DNA from: a bacterium
GTDB lineage: Bacteria > SAR324 > XYD2-FULL-50-16
Length of the DNA stretch: 64,000 bases
Direction: 5' to 3'
Assembly (NCBI GenBank): GCA_032250835.1
Contig: JAVVEA010000010.1
Coordinates: 32,001 to 96,000, forward strand
Part shown: one piece after another, positions 48,740 to 55,358 of the stretch
Position numbering within the stretch: position 1 is the first letter of the stretch
Layout of the letters: the number at the start of each line of letters is the position of its first letter
The notes under the pieces: generated by a model
The model's database searches: none
The model's input: only the letters and a program-made list of their open reading frames with translations
Told to the model about the DNA's origin: nothing
Translations under genes and position numbers: made by a program

Positions 48740-49038
48740 TGAGTGACTACCGCACCGAAAAGGCGCTGCGGCGCTTGGTTCTGGTCGAGCAGAACCCCGA
48801 ACCCCTCAAAGTGACCATCAGCCCCTTAGCCAAGCAAAAGGCCAACGGGAAAGAGGCGATCAGCGTTATCCGCGAATCACCCGAAGAGGAAAAAGCCCGC
48901 CTGGGCGAAGAACGAACCCGCCTCCGCGCCGAGCGCCTAGAGCAAGACGCCAACCGCCTGCTCTACAAAAAAGGCATCACCAGCCGCCCCCTATCCAAAC
49001 CCAACCAAAAGGTGATGAAGCTGGTGGATGAGGACTAG
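48739..49038 (+). CDS. Hypothetical charged protein
   Basis: TGATG coupling to the previous gene; host-like codon usage. Confidence 0.65.
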   Translation: MSDYRTEKALRRLVLVEQNPEPLKVTISPLAKQKANGKEAISVIRESPEEEKARLGEERTRLRAERLEQDANRLLYKKGITSRPLSKPNQKVMKLVDED

Positions 49039-49039
49039 G

Positions 49040-49609
49040 TCACACGTTTTCTTCACACCAAGCTAGATAGCGGCTCCTCTGAACTGTTTGGGCTGTTCTG
49101 GGTGCCGTTTCCCAGCCCCAACAAGCAATTTCATAATGAGGCCCCGCGTCAATAAAGCTGGCATCCAGTGAGCTGAGCAGCTCCTGATAATCTTCGTTGA
49201 TGCTTTCTTTCCTATAGATCACCACCGCAAAGACAGCCCGGAGATCCCATTGGGCCTGCTTGATGTGGGTGAAGCCCCATAGATCGACAGAAGCTTGATT
49301 AACGGCTTTAACCTGATCGGCATTTTGTTTGAGTTCAATACCAACCCATGACTTTTTAGTGGAATTGTCTAGACGAAAGGCAAGATCAATGGAGTTGATT
49401 TTGCGGATAGTTTTTTTCTGGTGCCGGTCATACCGTTTCTCTAAGATTACTTTGCCTGAGTGGCTTAAAAAACTGGCCAATTCGACTTGAAACCATATTT
49501 CCCACTGGGTAATGCCGCCATCATAGATTGATTTTAGACGTTTTTTAACTGCTTTATCGCTAGCAAACTTTTTAAGAAGTTTGGTCAGTTGATTTTGTTG
49601 GGTTCCCAT
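49040..49609 (-). CDS. Putative PD-(D/E)XK-fold nuclease-like protein
   Basis: WEIWFQVEL, IDLAF and GIELK form an E...D...ExK arrangement; AT-rich. Confidence 0.55.
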   Translation of the reverse strand: MGTQQNQLTKLLKKFASDKAVKKRLKSIYDGGITQWEIWFQVELASFLSHSGKVILEKRYDRHQKKTIRKINSIDLAFRLDNSTKKSWVGIELKQNADQVKAVNQASVDLWGFTHIKQAQWDLRAVFAVVIYRKESINEDYQELLSSLDASFIDAGPHYEIACWGWETAPRTAQTVQRSRYLAWCEENV

Positions 49610-49792
49610 GCTCGCTCTTGGTTCGGGTGAAGTTCCCCCATACCAGCAAAGAAATCAGGCTTTACCCAGGACAAAAATAGGACATTCGGGGGCAAGGTAA
49701 CGGGAGGCAACACACAGTTCACTCTTAGCGACCCGCTAGGGGGTTGGTGGTGGCTTCATCGCCCAAGAAAATGATTTGAAAAATAGCTAGTA

Positions 49793-49907
49793 AGCCACCG
49801 CCGCCGCCATCGGAACAGTCGTGCACCGAAGCCACTAAACCTTGGCTTAAGGTTTGGTGCAGGCTGCGATAGCGGGCCATGGTGCTGGCGGCGTCCACTT
49901 TGGGCAC
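49793..49907 (-). pseudogene. purL: Diverged duplicate fragment of purL
   Basis: 49803-49907 aligns to 52610-52714 with 13 mismatches in 105 nt and encodes VPKVDAASTMARYRSLHQTLSQGLVASVHDCSDGG. A further 10 nt match follows a 2-bp deletion. Confidence 0.93.
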
Positions 49908-49918
49908 TATGCCGTAAA

Positions 49919-49941
49919 TCAGGGGACAGTAAACTAATTTT
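49919..49941 (+). repeat. Island boundary motif copy R1
   Basis: TCAGGGGACAGTAAACTAATTTT; 18/23 identical to R2 in inverted orientation. Confidence 0.65.
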
Positions 49942-50025
49942 CTCGGGATATCGGTGAAACCGGGGGATAAATTGGGTCTGAAATCTGGATTGCCGTTGAT
50001 CTAAGAGGAGTGCTCTATCCGGTCG

Positions 50026-50082
50026 GTCGACGAGGACTCCAAGACCGTCCATGTTCTTCGCATGTGGACCCACTATGAGTAG
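50026..50082 (+). pseudogene. C-terminal remnant of a Txe/YoeB-family toxin
   Basis: Reads VDEDSKTVHVLRMWTHYE-stop, the typical YoeB/Txe C-terminus. An in-frame TAA lies at 50002 and there is no N-terminal part. Confidence 0.75.
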
Positions 50083-50401
50083 CCGCATCCCCGTTTCAGG
50101 TCATAAACGGATTAGTCCAAACCTACTTGCTAAGATCAAGGGGCAGTAGTTTGTTTCAAGTCGGGCGTACAAAGAAGTTGGGGATTGTAAATTTCGTCAA
50201 GGTGTTGGCTAGCTTCCATGAAGGTTTTGACAGCCGAGGACCCGAACGGGAGCCCATATTTTGAGCAAGAACTATTCGGTGCCAGCCAGCGTGCTTTTGG
50301 GCGCGAAGCTCTTGGCCGAAAAGGGCAACTGGGCTGGGTGGCATAAGTTTTGACCTTTCTGTTATTGAGGGGTAGAATTTAGGGCGAGTAAACCCAGTTA
50401 T

Positions 50402-50641
50402 ATGAGAACCTCCATGAACCAGACCGTGAATATCCCGCTGACCTTTGCCGACGATACGTCAGAGGAAGAGAAAGAGGCGATAATCGGGGAGGTAAAGCGT
50501 TTTGTGGCCCGGATACGGTTGTCCCAGGGATTGCGCAAAACCCCTGATTCAGCGATTTCATTTGAAAAACAAATGGAAATCATCAACGTCGAAAAAAAGG
50601 CGGCTAGACTTGAATCGACGGGCCATGCGCCTGGTCGTTGA
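50402..50641 (+). CDS. Small protein, probable antitoxin partner of the PIN toxin
   Basis: 79-aa ORF overlapping the start of the PIN gene, the typical type II TA layout. Confidence 0.55.
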   Translation: MRTSMNQTVNIPLTFADDTSEEEKEAIIGEVKRFVARIRLSQGLRKTPDSAISFEKQMEIINVEKKAARLESTGHAPGR

Positions 50642-51037
50642 TACCAATATTCTGGTCAGTGCGTTGGTGTTTGGTGCCAGTGCCAAAGCCTGCCTAGACC
50701 TCATCGCCCACAACCCCAATATTACCCTACTGGTAAGTGCTCCGGTGGCGCGCGAATACCTCGCCGTACTCCAGAAAAATTTGTACAGTTTCAGCCATTG
50801 GCTGTGTTAAACCAACGTCTAGATGACTACCTCGAAGGTTGTGTCTTAGTAGAGCCCCAGGTCAAGATCAAGAAATGCCGCGATCCCCATGATGACATGT
50901 TTTTGGAGCTGGCGGTCGCAGGGAATGCCCAGGTTATTTTGTCGGGAGATCAAGACCTACTAGCACTCCATTTTTTCGAGGGAATAGAAATCTTAAGCTT
51001 GTTAGCTTTTGAGGCAAAATACCAAAGACTTGGCTGA
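50625..51037 (+). pseudogene. PIN-domain (VapC/PIN_3) toxin, frameshifted at an A5 run (50775-50779)
   Basis: MRLVVDTNILVSAL..EY in one frame and CRDPHDDMFLELAVAGNAQVILSGDQDLL in another. Adding one A joins them. Confidence 0.88.
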
Positions 51038-51104
51038 TGTCCAATAGGTTACGGTCAGGAGCTTATCCACTGCCCTTTGGCCGCTCTAATTTTCCCAGGT
51101 AAAA

Positions 51105-51127
51105 AAAATAGGTATTCCGTCCCCTGA
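51105..51127 (-). repeat. Island boundary motif copy R2
   Basis: Minus strand TCAGGGGACGGAATACCTATTTT. Confidence 0.65.
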
Positions 51128-51139
51128 CTTCTTGTTCTT

Positions 51140-51158
51140 AAATTGTTTGGGGTCCCCT
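51140..51158 (-). repeat. Island boundary motif copy R3
   Basis: Minus strand AGGGGACCCCAAACAATTT; 16/19 identical to R4. Confidence 0.65.
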
Positions 51159-51169
51159 TCCACTACAGG

Positions 51170-51610
51170 CTAGTGGGATTTTTTGTTGATCGTTAGTTGG
51201 GGCTTTTCGGCGAATTGGATTTCTAGAGCTTCGGCAATCAATTGGATGTTGTTGAAGCTGGCCGATTGATAGCCTTCGGCCTCCCAACGCTGAACTTGCT
51301 GTTCTGCTTTGTGGATTTTTTGGCCCAGTTGCTTTTGGGTCAAATGAGCCGCAATACGCGCTTTGATCAAAGCAGCCGGAAGGTCGGCCAGCGAGTTGAT
51401 CTCGATGACTGCTTCTTGCTCGTTGGCCAGCGCCTCGTATTCTCGGACTTCGGCTTCCATTTGGCTTAACTGATCGGCGATATCATCGAACCGAGCCTGC
51501 CAAAGTATCGGGTCCACCTGGTCTGGTCTTTCTTCAGGTTGTTCCAACGCTTTTTTGAAGGCGACAATCTGCGCTTTGGTTGCGCCTAGTTGTTTTTGGT
51601 TCTTGATCAT
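51170..51610 (-). CDS. XRE-family HTH protein (putative antitoxin)
   Basis: MIKNQKQL N-terminal helix; LIKARIAAHLTQKQLGQKI..EQQVQRWEAEGYQSAS HTH. Confidence 0.88.
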   Translation of the reverse strand: MIKNQKQLGATKAQIVAFKKALEQPEERPDQVDPILWQARFDDIADQLSQMEAEVREYEALANEQEAVIEINSLADLPAALIKARIAAHLTQKQLGQKIHKAEQQVQRWEAEGYQSASFNNIQLIAEALEIQFAEKPQLTINKKSH

Positions 51611-52038
51611 CTTTGCTCCTTTAGGCGGATCACCAGAATTCCTTTGGGGTTCCCGTCTCTATCTAATTGGAAAAACTCCTCGAAAGGCTTGCCTGAGCCT
51701 CCTTCAATTTGATTCGCAAAGATGTCACCCCTATATATTTCTTTACGTTCGCTTCGTTTGGAGCCGAGAAAAAGCCGGTCATCTATTTTGGCTAAATCCA
51801 CGCCGTAGATATCCCAGCAAAGGTCATAGTCTCCCGGTGTCTCTTTGCTGGTCACGAAGCTACCGTCAAGCCAAACTTGGAGGCAATCTCCCTTTTTCAA
51901 TTCCTCAAGCAACCTAGCGAGCCCTTCTAAAAGCCAAATCCGGCGAGCATTGCCGCCAAATCGATCTTTGACTTCTTCGAAAGTCGCCAAATGTTTGCCT
52001 GGAGGAAGATTACCGGAGGCTTCAAAATTTGGTATCAT
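51607..52038 (-). CDS. DUF6932-like nucleotidyltransferase-fold protein (putative toxin)
   Basis: GNLPPGKH, WLDGSFVTSKETPGDYD (GS...DxD) and DRDGNPKGI. ATGA overlap with the HTH gene. Confidence 0.82.
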   Translation of the reverse strand: MIPNFEASGNLPPGKHLATFEEVKDRFGGNARRIWLLEGLARLLEELKKGDCLQVWLDGSFVTSKETPGDYDLCWDIYGVDLAKIDDRLFLGSKRSERKEIYRGDIFANQIEGGSGKPFEEFFQLDRDGNPKGILVIRLKEQR

Positions 52039-52108
52039 GCATTTATGTTAGAAGAATTTTACTGAGCCCATAAGCTTTTGGTTTATTCTAGCAAGAGATG
52101 AGTGAGTT

Positions 52109-52126
52109 CACAACATATTAGTTGTG
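52109..52126. promoter_or_regulatory. Palindromic operator candidate upstream of the NTase-HTH operon
   Basis: CACAAC-ATATTA-GTTGTG, ~70 nt upstream of the start at 52038. Confidence 0.5.
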
Positions 52127-52174
52127 TTGAAGCTGCGGCTTAAAATGGGGGTACAGAGGCTCGAAAGGAACTCA

Positions 52175-52193
52175 GGGGGACCACAATCAATTT
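52175..52193 (+). repeat. Island boundary motif copy R4
   Basis: GGGGGACCACAATCAATTT; inverted partner of R3. Confidence 0.65.
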
Positions 52194-52294
52194 TTTGATA
52201 AGCGGGCCTATTTAACGTCAAGCGCTAGGCTACAAAAGCCAGAGGGGTGTGTGGAGGAGGCAGCGGGGAACCAGGAGGCCCCCGCTGCTAACGC

Positions 52295-55282
52295 CTAGAA
52301 ACGCTCTAGGTAGCTTTGCCAGCTGTCCTTTAAGGCGTAGATCGAAGCTTGCAAAAGCTTCTCGTTGCCGTTTTTGAAGGCTAGGTTGGGCTCCTGGGTC
52401 ACTTCGCCCAAGAACGTACAGGCCTGACCGGCAAAGAGGGCCTCAAAGGCTGCGGTTTGCTCGGGCGCAACGGAGACCACCAAACGGCTGGCGGACTCGC
52501 TAAAGAGCAGCTCGTCGGGGCGTAGGTTTGAGGCCGCCAAGAGCGGACCCAAATCCAAAGCCAGACCCAACCGCCCGCCAATGGCCTTTTCGGCCAGAGC
52601 CACCGCCAAGCCGCCATCAGAACAATCATGCACCGAAGCCACCAGACCTTGGGTCAGGGCTTGGTGCAGGCTGCGGTAGCGGGCCATGGCGCTGGCGGCG
52701 TCTACCTTGGGCACCAAGCCGCCGGTAAGCCCCAGCTGGGCCATATACTCGCTGCCGCCCAACTCGCGCTGGGTGGTGCCGAGGAGATAAACCCGGTCGC
52801 CAGCCTGCTTGAGGTCGTGGGTAGCGCAGTCGCTTAAGCTGTCCACTACGCCCAAGGCGCTAAAGAGCAGCGTGGGCAAGATGCTGATCTTTTTGCCATC
52901 TAAGTTGGCGTCGTTTTTCATGCTGTCTTTACCGGAGATGCAGGGCACCCCGTAGGCAAGGCAGTAATCATAAATCGCCTGACAGGCCCGCACCAATTGG
53001 GCGGCCTTAAATTCGCCGTCCGGCGTCTTGGCCGATTGGACCGGATCGGGCCAACAGAAGTTGTCCAAACCGGCAATCCGGTCGGGGTTCGCGCCCACGG
53101 CCACCAAGTTACGGATCGACTCGTCGATGGCGTTAGCCGCCATATGGTAGGTGTCGATGGCTGAATATTTGGGGCAGATGCCATTGGAAAGGGCCACCGC
53201 TTGGTCCAAGCCCAATACGGGGCGCAACACGCCGCCGTCGTTGGGGCCGTCGTTGGCGGCACCGCCCATGGGCTTGATGGCCGAAGCGCCGCCGACCTCG
53301 TGGTCGTATTGGCGGACCACCTTTTCTTTCGAGCAGACGTTGGGCCGCGCCAAAACTTGGGCCAGCATTTGGCCTAGGTCCTCTGGCTCGGCAAAGTCCG
53401 GGTGCGACTCGTTGGGCGCTTGCCACTGGGCCTTGATCTTCATGGGCGGAAGGCCGTCGTGCAGGAATTCCATGCTCAGGCTGGCCACCAATTGGCCTTC
53501 ATAGAAACATTCCAAGTAACCCGAATCGGTGAATTCGCCCAGGTCGCTAGACTCCACCAACATTTCGTTGGAAAGCTCAAGGAAACGGGCCACCTTCTCG
53601 GGCGGTACCGCCAAGGTCATGCGCTCTTGGGCCTCAGAGATCAGGATTTCCCAGGGCTGCAGCCCGGCATACTTGAGCGGAGCCCGGTCCAAATGCAACC
53701 GGCAACCGCCTGAGTCCTCAGACATCTCACCAATCGAACTAGAGAGCCCACCGGCCCCGTTGTCGGTGATGCAGCTGAAGAGGTTTTCGGCTTTGGCGCG
53801 CCAGAGGAAATCAAACATCCGCTTCTGGGTGATCGGGTCGCCGATCTGCACGGCCGAAACGGGGCTGGTTTCTTCTAAGGCCAAGCTAGAGAAGGTGGCC
53901 CCGTGGATTCCGTCTTTGCCGATCCGTCCGCCAACCATCAAAATATGGTCGCCAGGGCGGGCTTTTTTCTCTTCACTGGGGCGGCCTTCGTGCTGGGCGG
54001 GCATGACCGAAAGGGTCCCACAGAAAACCAAGGGCTTGCCTACGAAGGTATCGTCGAAGACCAAAGCGCCGTTAACCGTCGGGATGCCCGACTGGTTGCC
54101 GCCATGCTCAACGCCCAGCCTGACACCCTGATAGATGCGGCTGGGGTGCATCAGCTTTTTGGGTAGCGGTTGGTCATAGTCCAAGGGCCCGAAGCAGAAT
54201 ACATCGGTGTTGGCGATCAACTGCGCGCCCATGCCGGTGCCGAAGCTGTCGCGGTTCACCCCCACAATCCCGGTCAGCGCACCGCCGTAGGGATCTAAGG
54301 CCGAAGGGCTGTTGTGGGTTTCTACCTTAAAAGCCAAGGACCAATCGTCGGTGAACTTGACCACTCCGGCGTTGTCTTTAAAGACCGACAGGAGCCAATC
54401 TTTCTCGCCCAAGCGGCGGCGGATTTCTTTGGTGCTCGCTTGGATGAAGCTCTTGTAGAGCGACTTGATTTCTTGGGGCTGGCCGCTCTCGTCGCGGTAG
54501 TCGATCCAAGCATTAAAGATCTTGTGTTTGCAGTGCTCCGACCAAGTCTGGGCGATGCATTCTAATTCCACGTCCGTCGGGGTCGCGCCGATGCCGCGCT
54601 GTTCGCGTTCCGCCTGGACTTTGGGGTCTTGGTAATAGCGGGCGATCACCTCGGCTTCTTCAGCCGAAAGGGCCAGCAAGCGTTCCTCAGAAAGCTTAAG
54701 CACCGCTTCGCTGCTAGAACAATCCAGGCGTTCGGTGCTGACCTGGGCCATCACTTCGGCTTCGGGGAAGTAAGTCAGCTCGCCTTTGCGGGCCTCCCAT
54801 TGGGCTTTGGAGATGACAATTTTCTTCTCGATCAGGCCGTTGAGCAATAGCTGATCTGCGGCAGCGTTCACTTGTTCTGCCGTAAAGTCGCCTTGCAGCA
54901 AGAAGGCCTTGGCGCTGGCCACGTCTTCACCGGGGCCAAAGGGCGGCAAGAGGAGGTTGAGGTTCTCTTTGGCCACATGCGCGGCGTTGTCGGTCACGCC
55001 GGGCTTGAAGCTGATCTCTACCCACCAGTCGAAGGGGGCGTGATCGCCCCAGAGCCCGTCGGGCGTTAGCTGATGGACCACCGGGTCCAAAAAGAGCTTT
55101 TGGTTTAAGTCGTTGAGATGATCTCGGTCCTTGATCTGACCGTTTTTGATCAAATAGACCTCAAGGTGACGCAGGCTCTTGATTTGCCCGAAACCGTGGG
55201 CGGCAAATTCTTTGGCCAGTTTGTTGCCGATGGGGTCTTCCATCTGGGGCTTAAGCCCCACCTCTAGGCGGTAGAGGGTCAT
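52295..55282 (-). CDS. purL: Phosphoribosylformylglycinamidine synthase PurL with PurS-like N-terminus and no glutaminase domain
   Basis: QTWSEHCKHKIF, KVETHNSPSALDPYGGALTG, DNGAGG, SEAQERM, ISGKDS and HDCSDGG. Start is ATG 55282 or TTG 55309. Confidence 0.96.
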   Translation of the reverse strand: MTLYRLEVGLKPQMEDPIGNKLAKEFAAHGFGQIKSLRHLEVYLIKNGQIKDRDHLNDLNQKLFLDPVVHQLTPDGLWGDHAPFDWWVEISFKPGVTDNAAHVAKENLNLLLPPFGPGEDVASAKAFLLQGDFTAEQVNAAADQLLLNGLIEKKIVISKAQWEARKGELTYFPEAEVMAQVSTERLDCSSSEAVLKLSEERLLALSAEEAEVIARYYQDPKVQAEREQRGIGATPTDVELECIAQTWSEHCKHKIFNAWIDYRDESGQPQEIKSLYKSFIQASTKEIRRRLGEKDWLLSVFKDNAGVVKFTDDWSLAFKVETHNSPSALDPYGGALTGIVGVNRDSFGTGMGAQLIANTDVFCFGPLDYDQPLPKKLMHPSRIYQGVRLGVEHGGNQSGIPTVNGALVFDDTFVGKPLVFCGTLSVMPAQHEGRPSEEKKARPGDHILMVGGRIGKDGIHGATFSSLALEETSPVSAVQIGDPITQKRMFDFLWRAKAENLFSCITDNGAGGLSSSIGEMSEDSGGCRLHLDRAPLKYAGLQPWEILISEAQERMTLAVPPEKVARFLELSNEMLVESSDLGEFTDSGYLECFYEGQLVASLSMEFLHDGLPPMKIKAQWQAPNESHPDFAEPEDLGQMLAQVLARPNVCSKEKVVRQYDHEVGGASAIKPMGGAANDGPNDGGVLRPVLGLDQAVALSNGICPKYSAIDTYHMAANAIDESIRNLVAVGANPDRIAGLDNFCWPDPVQSAKTPDGEFKAAQLVRACQAIYDYCLAYGVPCISGKDSMKNDANLDGKKISILPTLLFSALGVVDSLSDCATHDLKQAGDRVYLLGTTQRELGGSEYMAQLGLTGGLVPKVDAASAMARYRSLHQALTQGLVASVHDCSDGGLAVALAEKAIGGRLGLALDLGPLLAASNLRPDELLFSESASRLVVSVAPEQTAAFEALFAGQACTFLGEVTQEPNLAFKNGNEKLLQASIYALKDSWQSYLERF

Positions 55283-55306
55283 GGTCGCAATTGGGGAGGG
55301 GAGGGA

Positions 55307-55358
55307 CAAAATGGGGGGAGCGTAAGCTCCCCCCAGCGCTTAGGGGAAAGCTTACGCT
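55307..55358 (-). terminator. Overlapping hairpins between acnB and purL
   Basis: 9-bp stem GGGGGGAGC-TTAC-GCTCCCCCC followed by ATTTTG on the minus strand. A competing 10-bp stem AGCGTAAGCT/AGCTTACGCT shares the same bases. Confidence 0.65.

Larger units (their letters stand above)
49040..52200. mobile_element. Small AT-richer accessory island (TA modules, remnants, purL fragment) without its own recombinase
   Basis: Compositional shift, TA/nuclease cargo, gene fragments, repeated boundary motif and a duplicated purL segment. Confidence 0.7.

Noticed and set aside
49725-50088. ORFs 49725-49907 and 49756-50088 as real genes
   Set aside because: They are read-throughs of the purL fragment and the antisense of the YoeB remnant.
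52109-52126. NrdR box
   Set aside because: Superficially similar, but single, imperfect and not upstream of a ribonucleotide reductase. A local HTH operator is more parsimonious.
49040-52200. Classical integron/CALIN or IS element
   Set aside because: No integrase or transposase ORF, no convincing RYYYAAC...GTTRRRY attC hairpins, and the cargo genes are in mixed orientation.
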